Of a stretch of DNA of 64,000 nt, positions 34,834 to 43,334 are shown piece by piece (the first letter of the stretch is position 1; every line of letters begins with the position of its first letter). The notes below the pieces were generated by a model, which was given only the letters and a program-made list of their open reading frames with translations, ran no database searches and was not told the DNA's origin. This DNA comes from a virus (lineage: Duplodnaviria > Caudoviricetes). The stretch covers positions 1 to 64,000 of the IMG/VR virus record IMGVR_UViG_3300015607_000582; one strand, given 5' to 3'. Both the position numbers and the translations under genes were made by a program.

Positions 34834-37653
34834 CTACGGGTTGAGGTATTGGCGGTCGGTGACCTGCTGGATGGGGAGCGTCAGGCCCGCCGATCCGAGC
34901 ACCTGCCCCTCATACCTTACCGGCAGGTAGTCGAGGTGATGCAGCACGATGTAGACGTTCGTGTCGGAGCCCGTCCACTCGTAGTCGTACGAGAACGACG
35001 TGCCGCTGTTCTCGATGCCAGCGATCTCGACGTCGTCGGCCGTTCGGTACACGCGCACCTCGGTGTCCGCCTGCAGCCCCGTGAGCGTCAGCGCGGCATC
35101 GACCGGATCGAGCGGGTAGCTGACGGCGTTCTGCGCCGCGCTAGTGGTCACGGTGTCGATGCGGATGTACTGGATCGCGTTGGTTGCGGAAGCCTTGTTG
35201 CAGACGGCGCGCACCTTGATCTTGAACCCATCGACCGGATCGGGGTTCGCCTCGAACGGCAGGTGGTTGAAGACCAGCACGCCCGACACGGCTCCGGAGT
35301 TGGCCACGTTGACGGTGACTGCGGTGCCACTGTCGATGCTCGTGACGCGGGCGTTGGTGCCGATGCCGGTGCCGAACACGTAGTCGCCTACCTCGACACC
35401 CGTCGTGGAGGTCATGGTCACGGTCGTTGCTCCGCCCGAGCCGCCCGCGCCTGATCGCTTGTAGGCGAGGTTGTGCCACGACGACTGGAAGCCGTTGCCG
35501 TCGTTGTAGTCGAGCTTGTAGAACAGGTCGTGGTTGTTCGGGTTGGTGCCGGTGAACGTGGGCTGCGTCTGCGTGGCCTGCGAGAACGACGTGTGACCCT
35601 GAATGTAGTAGGGCCACGTCCACTCGATGGCGTCGTTGACCGTGCCCATGTAGAGCGCGCCGGTCGAGGTGAACTTGGGGGTGCCCGCCGCGATCGTGTA
35701 CGCGGAGGCCGACGGCTCAAGAGCGGTCTTCTCGTTCGCCTGAATCACGAGGCGACCGGCGGTGGTGGAGGTGAACGTGTCGAGGAAGTGCGTGCCGTAG
35801 ACGGCCGTCTGGGCAGTCGTGGAGTTCGTCCAGCGACAGCCCTTGCAGATCATGTTCCATGCGGTCAGGGCCTGCGTGTCAGCGCCATCAGTCCAGCACG
35901 ACTCGACGGTCATGCGGTTGTCGGAGTTGACCATCGTGCCGAACGCCGACGTGCGGACGTTGTTGGCATAGACGCGCTGCACCTTGATGTCGGAGTTGAG
36001 GCCGTTTGCCTGCACCAGCACACCACAGGCGTTCGCTGACCCGCAGTCGTACGGGGAGGCTGCCGTGCCGATGTTGCGCACCTTGATGCGCTTGCAGTTG
36101 TTCGACACGTTGACGATGGCGGTGTACGGATGCACGTTCGCCAGACCATCGAAGTTGGCGAAGCCATCCATCGTGATGTCGGTGCAGCCCGTGGTGATGT
36201 CGAAGAAGCTGACGGGGTTGGTAGCTGTGGTGGTCGTCCCCGTCCTGTCCCAGTACGTGGTATTGGTGAACGTCAGGTTCTGGCAGGTCGTGATGAGGGC
36301 GCGGCCATCGCCGACGGCGCAGTTCGTGAATGTGCTGTTCGCCACGCGCGTCAGGCCGAGGCCGACCGGCGTGTTGCCGCTCTTGGGTGATGCGCCTCGG
36401 AACATGCAGTCGACGAAGTCGAATCCGTCCATGTCGGTCATGGACGCGATGATGACGGATGCGGCGACGGTGGGGCGCACGAACTTGCAGCCCGTGATCG
36501 TGCCGCCCGCGAAGCAGGTGGCAATCGTCAATGGCGACCCGACCGCAGCGATGTTCGTAGCTGGCAGGCCGACGTGACAGTTGGTGAGGATGACCTCGGT
36601 CGCGATCTCCGAGAAGCGCAGGTCTTCGAGGAACGCTGAGTTGGTGATGCTCAGGCTGTACGCCTGATTGCAGTTGACGTTGAAGCCCGCGCCACTGACG
36701 CCGTTGATGCTGATCGCGCCCGCATTCGTGGTCGTCAGATCCCAGCGGGTGGCGAGCGTCGCATTGACGATGTTGTTCGTCCATGTCGGCGTGACGGCCG
36801 ACGAGATGATGATGTTGGGGATCCTGATCTTGCAGCCCGAGGAGGGCAAGTAGGCGGCGTCGGTGGGCGTCGTGGTCGATCCGATGCGCAGCAGGCCGGT
36901 GGCACTGATGAAGACCACCTTCGCACGGTCGTCAGTCGTGGTCGCCGGGAAGTTCGTGGTCGTCATCTGCGCGCCGACGTTGGGCCAGAACTCGTACGTG
37001 CCGCTGCCGCTGGATGTCTCGATCCAGACGCCGGGATACTGGTCGCTCACGGGGAGCTGGATCGTCTGGTTGCGCGCACCTGACGTGGTGCTGTCCAGCT
37101 CGAACCAGTCGCCGTTGATGTTGAAGGTGCCGAGGCGGCCGACCGTGATCGTTGAGCCTTCCTCGCCAACGATGTGCAGCCACCCGCGCTTGCCTCCGGT
37201 GGCCGAGTTGACGACGGCCTTGACGACGCCGCCCACCGACAGGTTCTCGTTGTCCTGAAACGTCCCAGTCTTGGAGCGCAGCTTGATGAAGCCGGTGGCG
37301 GGCATCGCGCCGCCTGCGACGCTCGGCGCGACGGCGTAGTCGGTGAAGGTGCCGATGACCTCGCCCGTCGCGCCAGAAGTGTCCCCGGTCAGCGTGGAGC
37401 CGATGGCAGGCACGGTCGAGGTGCCGCCGTCGAAGGGCAGCCACCAGACGGTCGTGCCGTCGATGTTGATCGTGCCGCCGGTCGCCGTCGAGATCGTGAG
37501 GTTGCCGATGACAGCGTTCTGACCGCCCCAGCGCGAATCGCTGTTGATGGTCAGTGTCGCGCCAGAGTCCACGGTGACGTCTTCGCCATCCAACAGGCCG
37601 TTGATGGCGGCGTCATCCATGTTGCGGTTGACGGATACGGTCTGGTTAGCCAT
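34834..37653 (-). CDS. large beta-helix tail fibre/appendage protein
   Basis: 939 aa; Thr/Asn-rich parallel beta-helix-like repeats. Confidence 0.65.
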   Translation of the reverse strand: MANQTVSVNRNMDDAAINGLLDGEDVTVDSGATLTINSDSRWGGQNAVIGNLTISTATGGTINIDGTTVWWLPFDGGTSTVPAIGSTLTGDTSGATGEVIGTFTDYAVAPSVAGGAMPATGFIKLRSKTGTFQDNENLSVGGVVKAVVNSATGGKRGWLHIVGEEGSTITVGRLGTFNINGDWFELDSTTSGARNQTIQLPVSDQYPGVWIETSSGSGTYEFWPNVGAQMTTTNFPATTTDDRAKVVFISATGLLRIGSTTTPTDAAYLPSSGCKIRIPNIIISSAVTPTWTNNIVNATLATRWDLTTTNAGAISINGVSGAGFNVNCNQAYSLSITNSAFLEDLRFSEIATEVILTNCHVGLPATNIAAVGSPLTIATCFAGGTITGCKFVRPTVAASVIIASMTDMDGFDFVDCMFRGASPKSGNTPVGLGLTRVANSTFTNCAVGDGRALITTCQNLTFTNTTYWDRTGTTTTATNPVSFFDITTGCTDITMDGFANFDGLANVHPYTAIVNVSNNCKRIKVRNIGTAASPYDCGSANACGVLVQANGLNSDIKVQRVYANNVRTSAFGTMVNSDNRMTVESCWTDGADTQALTAWNMICKGCRWTNSTTAQTAVYGTHFLDTFTSTTAGRLVIQANEKTALEPSASAYTIAAGTPKFTSTGALYMGTVNDAIEWTWPYYIQGHTSFSQATQTQPTFTGTNPNNHDLFYKLDYNDGNGFQSSWHNLAYKRSGAGGSGGATTVTMTSTTGVEVGDYVFGTGIGTNARVTSIDSGTAVTVNVANSGAVSGVLVFNHLPFEANPDPVDGFKIKVRAVCNKASATNAIQYIRIDTVTTSAAQNAVSYPLDPVDAALTLTGLQADTEVRVYRTADDVEIAGIENSGTSFSYDYEWTGSDTNVYIVLHHLDYLPVRYEGQVLGSAGLTLPIQQVTDRQYLNP

Positions 37654-37834
37654 GGGCCTCTACCTCTGGATCACGACTGGGGTCTCGATGCGACCAGCAA
37701 GCGGGTTCACCCTGCTCGTCTGTGTACCGCGCCTCGACGCCGCTGAAGCCGTCGTCGACGGCCCAGTGGCACGAGGGGTGGGAGCAGATCGCAACGCCCG
37801 TGAAGATGTCGGTGTGGACGGACAGGGTGCTCAC
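37646..37834 (-). CDS. small Cys/His hypothetical protein
   Basis: 62 aa filling the gap; GAAGGG RBS. Confidence 0.45.
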   Translation of the reverse strand: MSTLSVHTDIFTGVAICSHPSCHWAVDDGFSGVEARYTDEQGEPACWSHRDPSRDPEVEAHG

Positions 37835-37849
37835 CCTTCGGTGGTGCTA

Positions 37850-39715
37850 TCAGGGGTTCGTGTAGTTGCGCTCCAGCGGCGCGACGAGCGAGATGCTGTT
37901 GGAGGTTGATCGCTCGATGGTGCCGGTCGCGCTCACGAACTGACCAGTCGAGAGGCCGATGCCGACGACGGTGATCGGGGCGTTGGTGCCACCCGAGCCG
38001 CCGCCGCGCTGCACGTTGCCGTCGTAGTCGTACGACAGCGTGATGCTCGACTGCCCGGACACGGTGCCAGCCATGTCGACACCATCGGCGTCGTCCACGA
38101 TGATCGCACCCGAGGTGCCGTAGTCGTTGCCCGCGTTCGCGCCCGCGTCGTCGTTCGTGAAGAACACGCGGTAGATGGCGTCTGCGTCGCTCACGAGGTT
38201 CGCGCCGAAGTTGATCGTGAGGGTTGCGACGTAGGGGAACGTGCGCAGCGTGTTCGAGTTGTCGTAGAACTCCAGTCGGTTCGTGTCGCCGGTCTGGAAT
38301 CCTTCGATGATGACGCCCGAGCCGCCGCCGTTCGGGTTGGTCGGCTGCGAACCGGAGGCCGCGCGACCCGAGACGAGCGTGTCGCCGACGAAGTACATGA
38401 GCTGGTCGGCCGTCTTGCCGGTCACCGACTGGTCGGTGCTGTCGATGTCCGAGTTCTGGCGCAGCAGGTACTGGACGGCCGTGTAAATCTGCTCGGCTGT
38501 CGCAGGCACCGGGTTCGGCGGGTAGAGTGTGAACGAGGTGTTGGACGTGGTGGCGATGGTGCCCGTCACGGTGACCGTCGTGGCGGTCGCCGCCGTGATC
38601 GGGTAGGAGCCAGCGGCCGCCCCCTCGTGGATGACGAGCGTGCCGCCCACGAAGGGGTCGTTGGAGGTCTGGATGCCGCCCTCGGAGGTCGTCAGCACAG
38701 ATCCGCCGCCCGGAGCCGAGCCATCGACCCCCGAGTGCGTGCCGACGTCGACGACGATGCCGAAGTTGCGGTCGGTCGTGGTGTCGACATCGCGGCTGAA
38801 CGCCTGATCGAAGTAGCGGATCTTGACCAGCGAGTAGATCGTCTTGACGTCACCGCCGGAGGTGTACGCTCCGGGGTTGCTCGTGATCGGGATCGTGAAC
38901 GTGTCGGTGTCAGTGACCGTCACCGTGCCGCGCACGTTGTAGGTCGCGGGTGTCGCGCCCGTGATCTCGACGTAGTCGCCGGTCGTCAGGCCGTGCGCTG
39001 CGGACGTGTTGATCGTGGCGGTGCCAGTTGCCCACGAGGCGGAGCCGATGGCCTTGGAGGCGGAGACGTAGGCGTCCGCATCGCTCACCTTGAGGTCGGT
39101 GCCCGTCGAGATCGGGAAGCGGTACGCCTGATAGGTCATCGCCGACACGCCGATGTCGCTCAGGCTGGACTTGCCGTAGAGCTGCCCTGCCTCGCGGGCG
39201 AACAGCGAGAAGTAGGAGCGGCGGTCGTAGTCCGAGCCCTCCGCAAAGTTGCCGTCGCCGTCGTCGTCGCGCAGGATCTGCACGGCCTGATTGATCTGAC
39301 CCGTGAGCTGGACGTTGGTGGCAGCGCCGCCGTTCGCCTGCTGGTAGTAGAGCTGGTCGTTGCTCTCGATGGCCCCGAGGCCGATGATCGAGGCCCACAT
39401 CTGCGTGGCGTTGCCCGAGAGGTTGCGCACCGCCCATCCGCCTGTGCGGATCAGGTACCGACTGGCGTTGTCGGCGAAGTCCCAGCCCGAGACGAACTCG
39501 AACTGCTCGTCGGTGATCGGCACCATCGGGAAGGGGAACTTGATGAGGGCGGCGTCGTTCTTCCACTCCTCCTTGAGGAACGAGTAGAGACACTTGAGCG
39601 TCACGCCGTCGCTCGACAGGTCGCCAGCGATGTTGAGCGTGATCGTCTTCGCGCCCGTGTCGATGTCGACCTCGGTGCCCTGCGCGAGGAGGTCGGGATC
39701 AGTAATCAGTGCCAT
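37850..39715 (-). CDS. large beta-rich structural protein
   Basis: 621 aa; MALITDPD...LYSFLKEEWK; TSAAHGLTTGD repeat-type module. Confidence 0.65.
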   Translation of the reverse strand: MALITDPDLLAQGTEVDIDTGAKTITLNIAGDLSSDGVTLKCLYSFLKEEWKNDAALIKFPFPMVPITDEQFEFVSGWDFADNASRYLIRTGGWAVRNLSGNATQMWASIIGLGAIESNDQLYYQQANGGAATNVQLTGQINQAVQILRDDDGDGNFAEGSDYDRRSYFSLFAREAGQLYGKSSLSDIGVSAMTYQAYRFPISTGTDLKVSDADAYVSASKAIGSASWATGTATINTSAAHGLTTGDYVEITGATPATYNVRGTVTVTDTDTFTIPITSNPGAYTSGGDVKTIYSLVKIRYFDQAFSRDVDTTTDRNFGIVVDVGTHSGVDGSAPGGGSVLTTSEGGIQTSNDPFVGGTLVIHEGAAAGSYPITAATATTVTVTGTIATTSNTSFTLYPPNPVPATAEQIYTAVQYLLRQNSDIDSTDQSVTGKTADQLMYFVGDTLVSGRAASGSQPTNPNGGGSGVIIEGFQTGDTNRLEFYDNSNTLRTFPYVATLTINFGANLVSDADAIYRVFFTNDDAGANAGNDYGTSGAIIVDDADGVDMAGTVSGQSSITLSYDYDGNVQRGGGSGGTNAPITVVGIGLSTGQFVSATGTIERSTSNSISLVAPLERNYTNP

Positions 39716-39742
39716 GCGCGTGCAGTCCTAGTCGCGGTGGGT

Positions 39743-39753
39743 TCACCACTTAG
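39743..39753 (-). promoter_or_regulatory. late promoter motif
   Basis: CTAAGTGGTGA. Confidence 0.7.
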
Positions 39754-39766
39754 GGCCTAGCTGCGC

Positions 39767-40147
39767 TCAGTACGAGTAGGACGCCCGGTCGTCCCAGACC
39801 TTCGTGTAGGTGTCGACGCCATCTGCATGCGTCACCGACGTGATGGTGCCCGACTCGAAGAGTCGCGTGATGCGCCAGACCGGGGCAGATGTGGCCGAAT
39901 CGGCTGCGGCCTCGCCGATGTACGACAGGGTGGGGCTCACCTCGTCGATCTTGACGTCGTACTTGGCCGTGGCAACAGCGACGTCGACCGGCAGGGCGGT
40001 GACGGCCAAGAGGGCCGCGTCGCGCTTTTCGAGTGGAATCCACTCCAACTCGTGGTCTACGAGCACCACGGACTCCCCATCGGGGATGAGCAGCCGGTTG
40101 GGCAGGATGTAGTCCTTGCCGGTGTTGTTGGTGACCAAGACCGGCAT
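39767..40147 (-). CDS. small structural protein
   Basis: YIGEAA...PVWRITR...VWDDRASYSY phage motif; TGATG overlap. Confidence 0.65.
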   Translation of the reverse strand: MPVLVTNNTGKDYILPNRLLIPDGESVVLVDHELEWIPLEKRDAALLAVTALPVDVAVATAKYDVKIDEVSPTLSYIGEAAADSATSAPVWRITRLFESGTITSVTHADGVDTYTKVWDDRASYSY

Positions 40148-41196
40148 CAGTCGCCCTTCACGTCCCAGCCGTCGATGGAAATCTCGACCTTGACGGTGGG
40201 GCCGTCCTGCTTTGTCGGCTCGCCCTTGTCCGACTTGCCGCCCAGCTCCTTGGTGATCGCGGCCTTGGCCTTTGCGACCAGATCCGGCTCCGCGAGACCG
40301 TCGACCTCGACCTCGCCATTGGTGACCGTGCCGCCGACGATCTCGGTGTCGTCGATGTCGTCGGTCAGCTCCTTCCCGTTCTCGGCGAGCAGGTCCTTGA
40401 GGATCTGGCGATGGCGGTTCTGGTGCGACCATTCGACCAGCTTGACCTCGCCCATGTAGTAGACGAACGACCAGTCAGGATCAGTCTCCGCAGCCACCTT
40501 GGCCCAGTGCTCGGGCAGGGTGTCAGGTGCCTCGTCCTGCCCCTTGGGCATGAGCTTGACGTAGTCGCCCTGAGTGTCGGGAATCGTGTGTCCAGAGTCG
40601 AGCTTGATGCGCAGTCGGTACTGATAGGGCTGCGGGATGACGTTGGGGATGACCTTCGGCTCCTTGAGCACCTGCTCGACGGTGCCCATCTGCTCCCGAC
40701 CCGCCGGGCCGTCGTAGATCACGCGGTCGCCTTCGCGAAAGAGCGCCCCGTCGCGGGGAGCGTATCGGCGCACGAAGTAGACGGAGTCGCCAACCCGCGC
40801 CTCGCCGCCGTAGGTGCTTGTGCCGAGGTGAATCCCCCGTGCGCTGGAGAGGTTGTGCTCCCACTCGTCGAACTCGTGGCCGGAGGTCTGATCCTCCAAG
40901 CGGTACACGATACCCAGCGGCGTCTCGACGGGGCCCGCGACGACCTTGGCAGGGCCGGTGCGCCCAGCGACGAGGTCACCGATGCGGTACTTGCCGACGA
41001 CATCGCTCTGGGCGGGAGGCTCCACGGTCTCGACGGACGTAGCCGTAGCCCAGATGTGTCCGCCACCGGGCAGGTGAAGGGCCTGACGGCCAGCCACACG
41101 CTTGCCGAGCGTGCCGAGGCGGCCGTGGTGCGGCGAGCCCGGATCGTTGACGTAGGCGGATGTGCGCTGCATGGATGAGCGGTGGAAGGTAGCCAT
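40147..41196 (-). CDS. modular protein with SH3-like domains and PDTLPEHW linker
   Basis: ATG 41196 immediately at a late promoter motif; YRIGDLV and FREGDRV modules. Confidence 0.7.
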   Translation of the reverse strand: MATFHRSSMQRTSAYVNDPGSPHHGRLGTLGKRVAGRQALHLPGGGHIWATATSVETVEPPAQSDVVGKYRIGDLVAGRTGPAKVVAGPVETPLGIVYRLEDQTSGHEFDEWEHNLSSARGIHLGTSTYGGEARVGDSVYFVRRYAPRDGALFREGDRVIYDGPAGREQMGTVEQVLKEPKVIPNVIPQPYQYRLRIKLDSGHTIPDTQGDYVKLMPKGQDEAPDTLPEHWAKVAAETDPDWSFVYYMGEVKLVEWSHQNRHRQILKDLLAENGKELTDDIDDTEIVGGTVTNGEVEVDGLAEPDLVAKAKAAITKELGGKSDKGEPTKQDGPTVKVEISIDGWDVKGD

Positions 41197-41206
41197 CACA
41201 CGTTAG
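41196..41206 (-). promoter_or_regulatory. late promoter motif, leaderless (first of the late region)
   Basis: CTAACGTGTG-ATG. Confidence 0.7.
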
Positions 41207-41460
41207 GCCATAGGTGGCGAGTGCGTGGGCTGCAGGGTCGCGAGCCCCTCGGCCTCCAGCCGCTCCTGCTCGGCGGCGCGCAGGAGCCCCTCCAGCTCCT
41301 CCACACGCTCCGCAAGCGCATCGGAGTGATCGAAGAGCTGGCGCATGGCCTCGCGCCACTCGTACGAGGTGTAGCGACCCGAGGCACCGCGACAGGCGCG
41401 CTCGAAGCCCCGCCGCAACAGGTCGAGGGTGTAGGGGCCCATGATGCGGATGTCGCTCAT
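41203..41460 (-). CDS. hypothetical protein
   Basis: 85 aa; ATGA overlap. Confidence 0.55.
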   Translation of the reverse strand: MSDIRIMGPYTLDLLRRGFERACRGASGRYTSYEWREAMRQLFDHSDALAERVEELEGLLRAAEQERLEAEGLATLQPTHSPPMA

Positions 41461-41813
41461 CGGTCATCACCCGAGCCCTGCAGCACGCCGCGCTCCTTGC
41501 GGTCGGCGAGCTTGTCGAGGTTGCGATCCAGCACGGTCGCCATCTCCACGGCGAGCTGCTCGGCGATCTGCGACACGTACCACTCGACGTCGCCCAGCTC
41601 CTTGACGATGGCGTCGATGTCGAGCACGTCGATCTGAGCGGAGCTGACGTGGGCGCGCAGCCCCTTGTCGCGCATGAGCTTGGCGATCTTCTCGGCCACC
41701 TCGCCTGCCTCGCCCGAGAGCTTCATGGCGAGGTAGAACAGCCCCTCCATGGTGCCCTGTCCGGGGTAGATGGCGGTCTCGGCCGCCTGCTGCTGGTAGT
41801 CGTTGATGTTCAC
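41457..41813 (-). CDS. mazG: MazG-like nucleotide pyrophosphohydrolase
   Basis: YQQQAAETAIYP...LSGEAGEVAEK...KELGDVEWY...NLDKLADRKERG. Confidence 0.88.
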   Translation of the reverse strand: MNINDYQQQAAETAIYPGQGTMEGLFYLAMKLSGEAGEVAEKIAKLMRDKGLRAHVSSAQIDVLDIDAIVKELGDVEWYVSQIAEQLAVEMATVLDRNLDKLADRKERGVLQGSGDDR

Positions 41814-42541
41814 GTCGTCTCCTTGGTGTAGTCGTAGGTCTGAACGCGAGCGCCGCGTACGGTGTAGTTGCGGTCGCACAGCGACACGTTGATGAGGCGG
41901 GTCGGCTTGGTCGTGCAGTTCCACATGGAGGCGCGGTTGCCCCGCTCCTCGTGGATGTGCCCGCACATGACCGCAGCCGGTGCCACCTCGATGATCTTCT
42001 TGGCCAGCATCGCGCAGCCGACGTTCTCCACCTTCCCACTGTCGCGGGGCACTCGGTCGAGGAACCCCATGGGCGGCCCATGGGACAGCAGGATGTCCGT
42101 CTCGGGGTGGACGTGCCACTCCAGCGCCATGTCGACGCGAGCGTCTCCACGGGGCAGCGAGAAGGCCCAGTTGCGTTGCTGGATCGTCGGCGTGTACGGG
42201 TAGCCCGAGAAGCGCACGCCCTCGATGACCACCGACGGGTCATCGTTGTCGAGCACGAGGACGCCATCGACGTCGTTCAGCAGATCGGTCAGGATCCGGC
42301 GCGTGTCGGGTGCCATCGCCGCGATGTCGTGGTTGCCCCACGAGATGAGCTTCCACGTCGCAGGCTGGCGCTTGAGCCACTTGACGTACTTGGCCTCGAC
42401 CCAGCGCAGCTCCTGCCACTGCTTCCAGTTCTCCGCAGACGAGAGCAGGGGCATGATGTCGCCCACGATGGCGAGCACGTCCGCCTCCGGAGTCGAGTGC
42501 GACAGGAAGCCGTGCTGGTCGCTGACGCCCGCGACCCTCAT
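41810..42541 (-). CDS. calcineurin-like metallophosphoesterase
   Basis: SDQHG, GD, GNHD, SHGPP, GHIHE motifs. Confidence 0.88.
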   Translation of the reverse strand: MRVAGVSDQHGFLSHSTPEADVLAIVGDIMPLLSSAENWKQWQELRWVEAKYVKWLKRQPATWKLISWGNHDIAAMAPDTRRILTDLLNDVDGVLVLDNDDPSVVIEGVRFSGYPYTPTIQQRNWAFSLPRGDARVDMALEWHVHPETDILLSHGPPMGFLDRVPRDSGKVENVGCAMLAKKIIEVAPAAVMCGHIHEERGNRASMWNCTTKPTRLINVSLCDRNYTVRGARVQTYDYTKETT

Positions 42542-42720
42542 CCGAAGTCCTCGGGCAGGATCAGGTCGAGACTCAGCGCATCGACGAACTCCTCGACGTA
42601 GTCCTCCATCGGCTTCTCCATGGGCTGGAGCTTCTCCAGCGCCTCGCCGAAGTAGATGATCTCGACCGACTTGCCGCTGGGCAAGACGATCTTGCGCATG
42701 ACGAAGTCCTCTTCCCTCAC
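42538..42720 (-). CDS. 60-aa protein resembling a truncated Solirubrobacterales conserved protein
   Basis: MRKIVLPSGKSVEIIYF...FVDALSLDLILPEDFG; GTGA overlap; similarity from memory. Confidence 0.6.
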   Translation of the reverse strand: MREEDFVMRKIVLPSGKSVEIIYFGEALEKLQPMEKPMEDYVEEFVDALSLDLILPEDFG

Positions 42721-43256
42721 GGTGCCCACTCCTTCATGGTGCGCAGCCGCTGGTGCTGCGTGCTGAACGTCACTGACGTGCGGTTGAACCGACCCGTCGG
42801 GTGCGGCTTGTCGAGCCTGACCCAGTAGTGGGGGTCGCTGGACTGCTCCTCGATGCCGTCGATGACGCCGAGGTGCCAAGTCGCCTCGCCGGGGCGACTG
42901 TAGAGGACACGCTGGCCCTTGTAGAACGCTGGCCCCTCGGTCAGCTCCGGATCGTCCAGCGATTCCTCCGGGCCCTCTCCCTCGTCCGCCATCGGCCACG
43001 TATCCGCGAGCGCGATGGCCGCCTTGAGGTCGGCCACGTCGACCTCAAGGCCCCCGATGCCAGCGCAGTCGATATACACGTTCCCGAGCGTGTAGCTGCG
43101 CTTGACCGCGACCACGCCTCCCCTGTCGCCGCGCACGAGCACCGTGGGGCACTCGGCGGTCAGGAAGTTGACCGGCACGAAGACGTTGGAGTGGTCGTAG
43201 CGCCTTGCGGCCCTGCTCTGCTCGTCGAGGATGTCCTCGCGGCTCTTCTCCTGCAT
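42717..43256 (-). CDS. hypothetical protein with C-terminal SH3-like domain
   Basis: AAGGAG RBS; FYKGQRVLY...GVID...YWVRLD. Confidence 0.65.
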   Translation of the reverse strand: MQEKSREDILDEQSRAARRYDHSNVFVPVNFLTAECPTVLVRGDRGGVVAVKRSYTLGNVYIDCAGIGGLEVDVADLKAAIALADTWPMADEGEGPEESLDDPELTEGPAFYKGQRVLYSRPGEATWHLGVIDGIEEQSSDPHYWVRLDKPHPTGRFNRTSVTFSTQHQRLRTMKEWAP

Positions 43257-43277
43257 GATGGTCTCCTTGGTTGAGGA

Positions 43278-43329
43278 AGGCCGGAGAGGGAGTTGAACCC
43301 TCCGAGGCGGAACCTGTTCCGCTCCGGCG
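43278..43329 (-). ncRNA. 52-nt mini tRNA-like element (acceptor stem + T arm + one hairpin)
   Basis: GCCGGA/TCCGGC acceptor; GAGGG-TTCAACT-CCCTC T arm; GCGGAA-CAGG-TTCCGC hairpin. Confidence 0.55.
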
Positions 43330-43334
43330 CGGTG

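Noticed and set aside
37639-37649. CTAA on the - strand at the start of the 939-aa gene
   Set aside because: CTAACCAGAC lacks the N4-YG element; the same applies at about 51634, 52606 and 55757.
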